Below are positions 11,862 through 23,264 of a DNA stretch of 64,000 nucleotides, one piece after another. A program made the translations under genes and the position numbers. Below the pieces are notes generated by a model. The model searched no databases. It was not told the origin of the DNA and worked only from the letters and a program-made list of their open reading frames with translations. Origin of the DNA: Eremomyces bilateralis CBS 781.70 (Eukaryota); NCBI GenBank assembly GCA_010015585.1, contig ML975155.1; one strand, given 5' to 3'. Every line of letters begins with the position of its first letter. The first letter of the stretch is position 1.

Positions 11862-13634
11862 ATGCTATTGTCTCTCAGCGGAAAATCTTTCATTACAGCC
11901 GGACGTACGGGTGGGATTCTCCAGCGACTTTCTCGAAACTTTCCACAACCCCAGCTCCTACATTTCCATACGGCGATCTGCCGCCATCAATCGAATATGG
12001 CAGAAACCGGGCAATCGCAAGCCCGGGTGGTGCCCGTGATCAGCGAGCTCAAAGTCCCCAAGGGGACTCGCGATTGGTTTGGCGCGGACGTCATTCTCCG
12101 TGACCATATCTTGTATGTCCACTGTCCGATAACGGCCACGTCCAGGCATTTGCTGACGAAACCCAAACAGCCAAACAATCAGCGAGGTCTTCAAGCGCCA
12201 CGGTGGGACGGCATTGGACACGCCGGTGTTCGAACTCAGAGAGGTGCTTACTGGAAGTATGTCTTCCTCCGCACTTCGGAAGTGGGGTGGAAGTGCTGAC
12301 ATTGGGAAGAATATGGCGAAGATTCGAAGCTCATATATGACTTGGCCGACCAAGGCGGAGAAGTACGAACAACCGCCCATGAGATCGAGAGACAGGTCTA
12401 ACGAAAAGTCCAGCTCGCAGCGTTGCGGTTTGACCTGACGGTTCCCTTCGCTCGATGGCTCGCCATGAACAACGTCACCCAAATCAAGCGCTACCAGATC
12501 TCCAAGGTCTACCGACGAGATCAGCCTGCCATCGCCCGAGGTCGCATGCGAGAATTCTATCAATGCGACTTCGACATTGCAGGCGAGACCGATCCCATGA
12601 TTCCCGATTCCGAAATCCTGCGGATCATCATCGAGGTGTTCAAGGCGCTGGAGTTGGATGTCACTATCAAACTCAATCACCGAAAAGTCCTCGACGGACT
12701 ATTTGCGGTGGCGGGTGTTCCCGCCGATAAGATCCGGGCAACAAGTTCGGCGGTGGATAAACTGGATAAGATGCCCTGGGTAGAAGTAAAAAAGGAAATG
12801 GTCGAGAGTAAGGGAATTCCGGACGAGGTTGCAGATCGAATTGGCGAATATGTACAACAAAGCGGTCCAATCGCCGATATGCTGGAGCGTCTCCAGGCGG
12901 ACTCGAAGCTGACAAGCAACGACGACGTCAAGGCCGGGTTGAGCGACCTTTCCCTACTGGTGACCTACCTCCAAGCCATGGGTGTCGCAGACAAGATCTC
13001 CTTCGATTTATCGCTTGCCCGGGGTCTCGATTACTACACGGGACTGATATACGAATGCGTGGTGGGGCCCACCGCCGCGACGGAGCCCAACGCATCAGCA
13101 CCGAAATCCAAATCCAAATCCAAATCCAAGAAATCCGACGATCCGTCCAGCCTCGTCGGCAGCATCGGAGCCGGCGGCCGCTACGATAACCTCGTCGGCG
13201 TGTTCGGCAAGCGCACGATCCCCTGCGTCGGTATCTCGTTCGGCGTCGACCGTATCTTCACCATCCTCAAAGCCAAACGCGAGCGCGAAGCCGGGGCCGC
13301 GCCGCGGACGCGCGAGACGGACGTCTACGTGATGGCCTTTGGCGGCAAAGGATTCGACGGACTGCTGGCCGAGCGGATGTCAGTCATCAGCGCGTTGTGG
13401 GATGCCGGCATCAGGGCGGAGTTCAGCCCCAAGGTCAAGCCGCGGCTGCCGCAGCAGTTCAAAGCCGCGGCGGACGTACCTCTCGCCGTGATCCTTGGCC
13501 AGGATGAACTGGCGGCCGGCAAGGTGAAGATTAAGGTCCTCGGTCTGGAGAGTGACCACCCTGAGAAAGAGGGCGTGATGGTGGACCGAGCGGATGTCGC
13601 TGCGGAGGTTCGCAAGCGGTTACCGAAGCCATGA
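11862..13634 (+). CDS. HTS1: Histidyl-tRNA synthetase (three introns in the 5' part; second ATG at 11997)
   Basis: [71 protein letters not shown], plus a C-terminal anticodon-binding domain. Introns have GT/CTRAC/AG signals. Confidence 0.97.
13104..13136 (+). repeat. Coding (AAATCC)n hexamer repeat giving a KSKSKSKS loop in HisRS
   Basis: AAATCC x4, then AAG AAATCC. Confidence 0.8.
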
Positions 13635-15079
13635 GGACGGTAAATCGGAAAGGAAATGAAAAAGAGAGCCTTCGTCGGTATCTTTGGATGAGGGGTGCAC
13701 GACAACGTGGACGGCGGCTAAACAGGACAACTTCGAGCTATCTGCGGTCCAGTCCAGAGGTGGTTACTGTTGATGATTGCCGCCGTGCTTTATGGGTGCA
13801 ATCTACCTATCGTTCTCGGTCCGTTAGAGAACGGCGAGTACCGATTCACGAGTATACTACACATGTGTTTATGACCGGCAAAGCTAGAAACATGAACATG
13901 GAGGAGTCGATGTTCGCATTAGTCTAGACAAGGACCTGAATAGAACATATTTCAAACCGTCTGTCTGATAACTCTGATGATTGCTGACCACCAAAGCAAG
14001 ATGCAACTGTGCTGCCAGTCCTCGGACAGGGGCTCTCACGATCACACGTACGTATCATCCAGTGCCTGACAGGATGTACGACTAAAGAATATATCCACAG
14101 CCTCGCAAGGTGGGACACGAGACACGATGCCAGACAAAGCTGAAACTCTACGGGTGACAAAGGGTGACAAAGGGAGCCGGATCTGCTCTATCCCTTCGAA
14201 TCCGGAATCCGGAAAATTCGAGTACGGTCGGGTTTCGTTGAGCGTTCCATCAGGTTCCGAAGTTGGAGGAGGCTCACTTTATCCGTTGGTAGGGTACGTA
14301 TCCGTACTGATGATGGATGGTGGATTGTTGATGGATGACTCTAATGCGAGGGAATTCTGGAACAAAAACCGTAGCAACGAGTGGCTGATCATCGCTGTCA
14401 CGTGACTGGTGATCTCAACACAGGAACCGTACCAACCTGAAGAAGAAGAGTTTGGAGATCGATGCTAATCCACCTCCATTTATCTAACAACTGTAACAAG
14501 AGACTCCTTATTATTCGGCATTTCGCTCACTGTGATTGTCACTTCATTCTCATCCACGGCTTGTCCACTGTCCACTGTCACGAGTATTGCGTCAGCTCGT
14601 CCCCCTTAGATTGCTCGGACGTCCGGGTTACTAACACAGCCTCAATTTCTGGGTCGCCCCCTACGACATCGATCTTCACCTCCAATTCAATCCACATCAC
14701 CCTAACCATCGTCAATCCTCCTCGCGCTCCTGTATCCCTATCATCGAATCCAACTTCGCGTAACAACCAAACGTTGCGCTACCTTCGTTTACTTCGACAT
14801 CAACGCCTCTGGTCGGCATTGTTGTGTCGATCCGCCCCTCGTTTCCCCGGATTGCCAACTTGAACCTCCAGACCACCAGACACCAGCTTCTGAGCACTCT
14901 TCATTTCATCATCACGCGACGAGAGTTGCGACCGACCACTTGGCTCACCATCGCTCGCCATCAATCTACCATCGCTTCGAACCGTCAACCTGGAGCAGAG
15001 CCGGGGTTGGCTCGCTCACCTTTACTTCCCTCGGACATCGAATCGCTCTCCTCGAATACCGAATACCTAGTTGCCCATC

Positions 15080-17389
15080 ATGCATTTCTCGAACGTAATC
15101 CCGTCCTCACTTCTCCTCCTCCTCCCCGCCCTCATTCCCTCGACTTCCGCCGATCGTCTCCTCCAATCCACCGCCTTGTCCGCGTGCATGAAGAACCCCA
15201 AGTTCTCGGCATCGCGATTCAACGTCCTATTTACGCCGGACGACGCCATCGTGCACTTCAACGTCACGGGAAACTCGTTGATTTCAGGAAACGTCACCGC
15301 GGCGTTAGACGTTTTTGCCTATGGCTACAAAGCAGTCTCGACAGACCTAAATCCTTGCGACAGCGAAGACTTGGCCGGACTATGCCCTATGAACACGGGT
15401 CCGATTAATATCAAGAATTCGAACGCTCCATTATCGGAAGATGTCATCAAGCAAGTTCCAGGAATCGCCTATACTGTACCCGACCTTGGTAAGACGCTTT
15501 CGGATACTCTCGTTCGCAGACCCGATTCACTGACTTGATAACTTAGACGGCAAGGTGCGGATCTACATCAACGATTCGAGTACCAATGAACCGCTCGCCT
15601 GCCTCGAAGCAGTGCTGTCGAACGGAAAGACGGTGTACCAGCCAGCGGTCGGTTGGAGCACTGCCGTGATTGCCGGGATCGGCCTCGTTGCTTCTGCAAT
15701 CACCTCTGGACTGGGCCATTCCAACACCGCAGCCCATGTTGCCGCAAATGCGCTCTCCCTCTTCGGATATTTCCAGGCCCAGGCGTTTATCGGCATGTCG
15801 TCGGTCCATCTTCCTCCCATCGTCTCAGCGTGGACGCAGAACTTCCAGTGGAGTATGGGGATCGTTCGTGTCGGCTTCCTTCAGCGACTATGCACCTGGT
15901 ACCAACGAGCCACCGGCGGAACCCCGACCGATCTCTTCACGACCTTGGCGACAACCTCTGTCCAGGTCCAGAAGCGATCGCTGGGTTCCGTCGAACACCT
16001 GGCGAAGCGCGCATTCCATACGCTCGGGAAACGAACGAACAATGAAATGACCAACGCGGAGAATTTGGAGGTCATCACGATTCGTGGCATCGAACGAGTT
16101 GGCTTCAAGGCGAAGATCGACTCGACCAACATCTTCATGACGGGCTACACCTTTTTTATCATCTTCATCATCTTCGTGATCGCGATCGTCGCCATCTTCA
16201 AAGGTGTTGTCGAGGCGCTGGTCAAATCCGGCCGCATGAAGAACGACAAGTTCCAGGACTTCCGCAACGGATGGACCACCGTGTTGAAAGGCATCCTGTT
16301 CCGCTGCGTGCTGATCGGATTCCCTCAGATGGTGGTCCTCTGCTTCTGGGAGCTGACCAAGCGCGACTCCGCCGCCGAAGTGGTCCTCGCCATCTTCACC
16401 ATCATCACGATGCTGATGATTCTCGGCTGGGCCACGTTCAAGGTGTGGCGAATCGCCCAGCGATCCATCTCGATGCACAAGAACCCGGCGTACATTCTCT
16501 ATTCCGATCCTGTCTCGCTCAACAAATGGGGTTTCCTTTACGTTCAGTTCAAGGCCACAGCATACTACTTCATCGCTCCGATCCTCCTTTATCTGCTGAT
16601 CAAGGGACTTTTCATCGCTCTTGTTCAAGGGAGCGGGAAAGCCCAAGCCGTTGCGCTCGTCATTATCGAGGCAGCCCTATTGATTGCGCTCTCGGTCATG
16701 CGCCCATATATGGACAAGAAGACCAATGCCTTCAACATTTCCATCGCCGCCATTAACTTCATCAGCGCTCTGTTCCTTCTAATCTTTTCGAACATCTTTA
16801 ATCAACCCGTAAGTATCCTCCCCTGCATTTCTAACGCTCCTCGCTAACCAGATCCTAGGGCCTTGTCACCGGTGTCATGGGCGTCGTCTTCTTCGTCTTC
16901 AACGCCGTCTTCGCCCTCGTCCTCCTCCTCATGGTTCTCGTCGCCTCTATCTACGCCCTCGTGTCCAAGAACCCCGACACCCGCTACCAGCCCATGCGCG
17001 ACGACCGCGGCTCCTTCATCAAATCCCAAACCAACCTCGCCACCACCGAACTCGACGCCCTCGGCGCCACCGCCCGCGGCGACGGCAAGCACGCGACCCC
17101 CACCCGCCGGAACATCGACGACGACGATGACGAGAGCTTCTCCAGCGGCGCGCGCGGGCAGGTGCACGCGGAGAAGGCGCAGGAGAGCGGCTACTACGGC
17201 GCCGGCTCGGCCCTCTCCCAGGCGCCGAGTACCACTACATACCAGAGCGCCGGTGGCTTCGGCGGCAGCGCGAGCCCCGCCCCCCCGTACAGCAATAGCC
17301 AGTACAGCGGCTACAACTCGCGCGGCCCCGTCAACCGCGGCGCCACCGCGTCGCCGTCGCCATTCCAGCGCGGCGTTGGGTATGATTAA
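15080..17389 (+). CDS. FLC / TRP-like (flavin carrier, Pkd2 family) membrane protein; introns 15489-15546 and 16809-16858
   Basis: Signal peptide, ML-like N-terminal domain (LCPM, PGIAYTVPDLD), WTQNFQWSMG, KWGFLYVQF, multiple TM segments, KNPDTRYQPMRDDRGSFIKS tail. Confidence 0.93.
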
Positions 17390-18448
17390 AAAGGGAGGAG
17401 TTCTGATGACCACGACACGCGATGATTTGGTTTGCATTTGCCTTCGGTTTCACGGACGAGCATGGGGACAGCGGCCACCGCGCCCGCTCCTCCATCGCCA
17501 CGGCCCGTCGCATCTGCACGGCGGATCCGGAAATTGAAGGGCAGGTTTTTTTTTCTTTCGTTTCGCACGGGCAACCCGAGGTTGTACATAGAGGGTCCAT
17601 TGCATGGTCGTTACGCTCTAATTGTATTGTCGAGGCGGGATCGGCTCGATCGAGAGCAAGGCATCCGTTCTTCGGAGGTTTTGGCGTCAGGGGGATCGAT
17701 CGGTTCATTGGGTTGAATCCATGATTTGAAGGGTGGCGTTTGAGCTCGGATGCGATGCGGCGTCGATTTGCCGATATTGTAGTGTAGCCATAGGATATAA
17801 TTTCCATTGCGCGGATCTACCCTATTGTAATTTCCGCAGCTAACGTTGAGATGATGTTATCATGGGCGGGAATCCCTTCGTTCACTGATGGACGGCTTTA
17901 AGGAAAGCAATCGTGATGAACTGGTTACAACCACACTATTCGGCCGTATTTCGAACTCGCCAAACCTCAGCTGTCCGTCTATCCTTTTCTGCCTCGTAAT
18001 TTCACCCCCCAAATCCGTTTATCTCCGTTGCGTCTAACTCCGCGCTGTTTCACCCTTGCCCTGCCTTGCAGTGTCTCCATGCAGGTACACATTCAGATTT
18101 CAACATTGTCAGTTGTGCGATAATGCGATTCCACTTTCCCGCCCTACGATCCGCCACTCCCCACAGAAGGGGTGAAGTCACCGCCACAGCCTGTTCGTAT
18201 CGACCAATCCTCCATCTTCGCTGATCTTGTCCGATGCTGCATTGGGACGGATCGATGTCGATTGCTGACTCGATAGGGAGGAACTGGACGCGCGGTGGAT
18301 TACGGCCGTAAGTCGAAAGTACGTAAATATAAGAGCTGAGTCACGAAAAGGTCGAGTATGTTTTCTAGTTGTTTTCGATTCAAGTTTACGTCTCTGTATT
18401 TGAAGTCAATCGATTAAAGCCTTCCTTTTAAGCCCACGGTTCGTGAAA

Positions 18449-19501
18449 ATGGCCGCCCCACACTCCTCCAAGCACGCAGAAGCATATGGCCAACCGACCC
18501 GGAATCAGGCTCCGGGACAATCATCCGATCCTTTCTCATGGGACGATGAGGGGTCGGATATCGAAAACGATTCCGACGCGGAGCGAGCGGCAGATACATC
18601 CAAACCCCCCCAGTATACCCCCCGGGACGGCGAACGCGAGCCGCCTCCCGCGATGAACTACGCCCATCCCTCCGGCGGAGCGACCCGGTCGAAGGCAGAG
18701 GAAGCGGGATTCCCTCCAGCATACGTGCCGGGAACGGGCCCGTCATCGGAGGCGGGCCCATCCACGGTGCCCTCTATCATCACGCCAGGCCAATCCCTCT
18801 TCCACCCCAACAAAGTCTACCTCATCGGGCCCTACACGCTATTCTCCGGGAAGATCAGCATCATCGACATCACCACGCAGACAACGACCCTCACCCCCTC
18901 CGCGGACTTCAGCACCGAGGTGCCCGAGTCCCTCCGCAACGCCGCCAAGCGCACCTGGAAGGACAAAAAGAAGTTCGACAACATCTATACCATCAAGTCC
19001 GACAACTTCTGGCGCACGCGCTTCGACGCGTACGCCGCGTCCCCGGCCGGCGCCCGCGTCCCCCTCTGCGCCATCCACCACCCCGCCTACTCCTTCGCCG
19101 ACGTCTCCTTCTCCTTCCCCGGGACGCCGACGAAGCCGCAGCGCTCGCTCCAGCTCACTCTCCCGACGCGCATGGACAATGGCGACGGTAGTGGACGGAA
19201 GAGCCGCAACGTGGTGTACCGCAAGCGCGAGTTCGTGCACGAGGGGTCGCTGTACAAGTGGGAATTCGACTGGAAGCGGGGGTCGAACAAGTTCACGCTG
19301 TGGCGGCGGGTCGGGGAGGGGGAGAAGATCGTGGCGCGGTTCGCGCAGGATTGGGGTTCGATCTACGGGACGAGCGTGTTGGTGGTGGACGACGCGTGGG
19401 TGGATCCGCTGGTGGCGAACTTGACGGCCGTGGCGGTGTGTCGGCAGGTGAAACAGCGGAGGGCGGAGCGGAAGAGGCACCCAGCTATGGGTGGGGAGTG
19501 A
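18449..19501 (+). CDS. Hypothetical protein: disordered N-terminus with PPxY motifs and a C-terminal beta-rich (tubby/LURP-like) domain
   Basis: 350-codon intronless ORF with strong GC3 bias. PPQY and PPAY motifs; ...YKWE..FTLWR..IVARF..LVVD..VDPLVANLTAVA pattern. Confidence 0.75.
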   Translation: MAAPHSSKHAEAYGQPTRNQAPGQSSDPFSWDDEGSDIENDSDAERAADTSKPPQYTPRDGEREPPPAMNYAHPSGGATRSKAEEAGFPPAYVPGTGPSSEAGPSTVPSIITPGQSLFHPNKVYLIGPYTLFSGKISIIDITTQTTTLTPSADFSTEVPESLRNAAKRTWKDKKKFDNIYTIKSDNFWRTRFDAYAASPAGARVPLCAIHHPAYSFADVSFSFPGTPTKPQRSLQLTLPTRMDNGDGSGRKSRNVVYRKREFVHEGSLYKWEFDWKRGSNKFTLWRRVGEGEKIVARFAQDWGSIYGTSVLVVDDAWVDPLVANLTAVAVCRQVKQRRAERKRHPAMGGE

Positions 19502-19913
19502 TGCTCGATATGCGGGGGACACTGCGTCCGTAGGTCTCCTGTGATATCCAACGTGGGGTTGTCGCGAGATAGGAGGTGTTTCGGTCTATTGGAAGAATAT
19601 ACGAAGATCTAGCGAGTAAGGAATGGACATGGATTGGTGTAAGAGGACTTTGATTGCCGGTGATCTATCATAGAAGGATGAATACAGTATGTATAAATGA
19701 AGTTATGCACCAGCAATGCTCTCCGCCGATAGTGTAATATCCAAAGAACACCGTAGATTTGAAAGTTCATGCGACCCGAAATTGCAAATGACGAAGACTC
19801 GCTCAAAATACTCATCATCTTCAATACCATATTGTTCACTGGTCGTCCAATGCTATGCACTGAAACCTCAAACCCAGTTCAAAGGATCTTGCGCCGGAAC
19901 GCCGGTCCGCTCA

Positions 19914-20558
19914 TCATCTCCGTCCATCCCTCGCCATGTTCGATCTCCACGTCTGAGGATTCCGGTCCCCATTCTTGGTCTCCTTCGCCGGCTTATTCAT
20001 CTCTATCGGTTTGACGTTCGCCACCGGTTTTGACTTCTCGGGTCGAAACGACTCCTTGTAGCCCTTCTCAACGTCTCGGTCGCGCGGCGGCGACGCTAAT
20101 CGGGTGGCCGTACGGTTCGACTTCCGCTTCGCCGAGATGCCGCCGGTCAGGCGTCGCGAGACGCGGCGGATGCTGCTGCGGACGTCCCAGGAGCGTTTCT
20201 TGGCCATGTACCAGAGGAACCACATGACGCCTAGAAACAGGAGTCAGTTGGACGTATTGGGACGGTTTACATTATTTGTTGAGGAGCACTCACCGATGCC
20301 AATCACCGCCACGGCAATGCCTACCGCGATCCCAATGATCCCGCCTGTGCTGATATGGATTCCACCACTGTCCGGACCCGCCGCACCGGCAACTCCTGGG
20401 TCCGTCGACGTTCCCAGACCGCCCTCGGAGACGGTCCCAGGGTTGATCTTGGCTGGAGCTTCGGTGGGGGAGACTGTTGTAGATGTGGCATCGGCCGCTT
20501 GAGCCAGCACAGCAGGCAAGAAGGCCACAGCCGCAACGGCGGCGAAAAAGTTCCTCAT
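19914..20558 (-). CDS. Single-pass type I membrane protein of unknown function (one intron, ~20233-20292)
   Basis: Signal peptide MRNFFAAVAAVAFLPAVLA, S/T/G-rich ectodomain, TM ISTGGIIGIAVGIAVAVIGI..VMWFLWY, basic cytoplasmic tail. Confidence 0.85.
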
Positions 20559-21931
20559 GCTGTCCAGCACCACGGATCTAGTGCAACGCACAGCGCTATT
20601 GTCTCTCAACCGGGGGAGAAGACAGAAAACACTAATATGATAGGGACGGAAAGTGACTTGAATTGCAACAGGAAAAGCAGATCACAAACCTCCAAACTTA
20701 CCCGCTTGCTGGGCCATCTCGTCTATAAGAGGACGTGGCAGCCGCTCCTCTCGTGCATTGCTAGGCATATTTCGTCTGGCTCCTGATCAATGGCGCAGAA
20801 TGGGCGTTTACCAAATCACCAGGTGTTTCGAGCTGATCAGGCGTCTCTGTTCCTCGATTGGTGTACGGATTGCATGTCGGTCAGGGTCAGGGCGGTTAGA
20901 GACTTGGAGTGGATGGAGGAGGTGATGAAAGTGCAGGAACTAGATGCTGATTGGCTAGAGCCGGGGTTTGGCGTTTGTTGGCGAGGAGCCATATTTAGAT
21001 TCTTAGCGGCTGGGGAAGTCCACTCCGCAACACCATCTATGTTCAATTCATCATTCATCTCATCTTAGACAATGGCAACTAGCATAAAGGCTTTATGCTA
21101 CGTACTCATATGACTGTAAAAAAATTGCCTATTCATAGGGTCCTCTAGGTACGGTGAGAGATGCCATTCCGAACCGGGTTGCTGCCTCTCCGCGGCACAC
21201 TACACGTCCTTCATCCTATTTATATTCAGACCTCAAATGGTTGATTCCCTATCCATCATGACTCTGTGTTCAGATACTAGTCTGAAGCACGTAGTTTAGC
21301 ATGATTGATCTCACAATTCATCTTGTTAGGCTAATCTTGATACCGATTTCACAAAACACTGAGAAAGAGCAGCGGACGTCCTTACGGTATGCTTGACAAC
21401 CGATCCAGGACCTGAGGCTCTCTACGCGCAAGAATATGGGCATTACCTCAATGCGTTCTTTATTCAAAATCGCATTAGCTGTCACGTCTTCCCAATTTCC
21501 ATCCTTGTCTCGTTCAAGCACAACGCTTGAATGCTAGCAGTGGTATGTCGGCTGAATTTCACGAATTGCGAGTGGAACATGCTAGGACATCCGAATGTCG
21601 CGGACCCCGTACGTGTTCCTTCTATAAGTGAGATGGTCGCGTATGTGCCTACTATATCTATACTAGTAGTAGCATCATCTTTTCAGGAAATCTAGGTGTA
21701 TGGGGCACTCGCGATCCTTCATACTAGTATGCAGCAGCTGCGTTACCTCCCAACCCTTTGCTATGTCGATACACTTCTGTTGCGGCCGAATTTCCTCTTA
21801 TCACATCCGATTCCTCTTTGATCAACTAACCTATTCCTATGATACCTTCGCTCTCGTTGCCCTAAGTTCAGAAAATTTGCAAGATGCACCAGCCTATCCT
21901 TAGAGAATCATTCTACATCATCTATCTCATC

Positions 21932-22469
21932 ATGCTTGTCTTCCGATCTATGCTCCTTGGACTTTCACTGTTTACCCTTGCGCCGACCGTCGTGAAGGGG
22001 GGACGGGGTGTATAACTTCACCCCGTAAGTATAATATATCATTGTAATTGTACCATTCCTCTATCCCGGCTATTGATGCATTTGAACAGGTTTATGTGTG
22101 TAAAAATGATAACTACAATCCACCTTGCCGTCATTTCACCCACGAATGGAGCTTCTGTCATAACAAAGAGACCGTAACAGGCTGGTACGAGAATCACTGG
22201 TCGCAGGCAATGAATGGGCTGTGCTGAGTTGATCTACGCTCGAGGAAATTTCGGCTTTCCGGCCAGCCGAAAACTCCACTTGCGTGGTATATGAGTAAGT
22301 TTATGGGTCCCATCAATCGGAAATCCCGATGCTGAACTCCGCCAGCAACGAGTGCTGTCGAGTCGGTGGTGAAGACAGCCACCGATTCACATCCCCTGGC
22401 GAAAGTGACCTTAGGAAGATTGGATGGAACGATCGGATCACCGGCTTCGACTGCTCGACTACGGTTTAA
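21932..22469 (+). pseudogene. Small secreted Cys-rich beta/gamma-crystallin-like protein gene, four exons, apparently damaged
   Basis: Manual assembly gives MLVFRSMLLGLSLFTLAPTVVKGGRG / VYVCKNDNYNPPCRHFTHEWSFCHNKETVTGW / LEEISAFRPAENSTCVVYD / NECCRVGGEDSHRFTSPGESDLRKIGWNDRITGFDCSTTV*. There is an in-frame TAA at 22013-22015, and the expected intron-2 acceptor reads CTAC rather than CTAG. Confidence 0.7.
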
Positions 22470-23264
22470 CAAAACCCCTTTCGGCTCCGAAGACGATCGG
22501 CCCTTGGATCGCAACGGAAATAGACTCCCTGAGAACGGTTTGGAAACAGCATCTGAAATTGTGCAGTCGGCTGGAGCAGTGCTCTCAATGATCGTCTGAT
22601 CGGTTCGGTCTTTATCTGATCGAGATACCTGAATTCCTCCTATGTCTTTATAGCCCCAGAAATCCCCTTACACCCTTCATAGAAAGACTTACGTGGGCAT
22701 TTCTAGCAGTGGGACCCTGAAGAACCTATAATCCTGTAGCAATCAAGACAATTCATTCCGGAGTTGGCAATGCTTTGTGGGGTGACTCTATAACGGTCGT
22801 ATATCCGGCTATATGGTCCGATTTGCCATTGCATGAGCACTGGAAATCCCCCTGCTGCACGGGTCTGCCGAGAAGTTACCAAATAGATCAGTTCCTGCTG
22901 GTTTGTCTTGCAATATCCTGTATATGTCCCTTGAATCTTTGTTCAAGGTCTGTTGAACAGATAAGATCAGAAAGCATGGGAACGGCCGGGAAACGGCGCC
23001 ATTAATCGAGGTCACTGGCCCATTCATGGACTTCTTCCGTGTCGAACCAAACGGCGAGATAGAGACGATGTGGTTGATGAGCATCAGTAACAAATGAGGT
23101 GCAGCTACACTACCCCTGACTTTGATGGTTTTGTAAGTCAATAACCTGCCAGCGGATGTTCGTGCCAGCCGTGAAGTGTGAGCTATCGAGAGCAATTGAG
23201 ATTGAGATTGCGATTGACCACATTTGATATCAAAATTTGAAAGGTATCCTTAAAAATCCCACCT

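Noticed and set aside
14152..14174. Short direct repeat GGGTGACAAA x2, and the CCTCAGAGAGAA repeats near 63285-63323
   Set aside because: Only two or three copies, with no spacers or terminal structure; not CRISPR or a mobile element.
15080..17389. FLC membrane protein as exporter for the PKS-NRPS cluster
   Set aside because: FLC proteins are conserved housekeeping membrane proteins. No tailoring, regulator or MFS/ABC gene lies downstream of the synthetase, so any cluster probably extends upstream of the window.
20790..21900. Short ORFs in the accessory pocket, e.g. 21318-21521 on the minus strand
   Set aside because: No start context, splice structure or motif I can support; may be further relics.
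22600..23200. Minus-strand ORF 22809-23195
   Set aside because: Non-ATG start in the track, no codon bias or motif, and it overlaps the likely PBN1 3' region.
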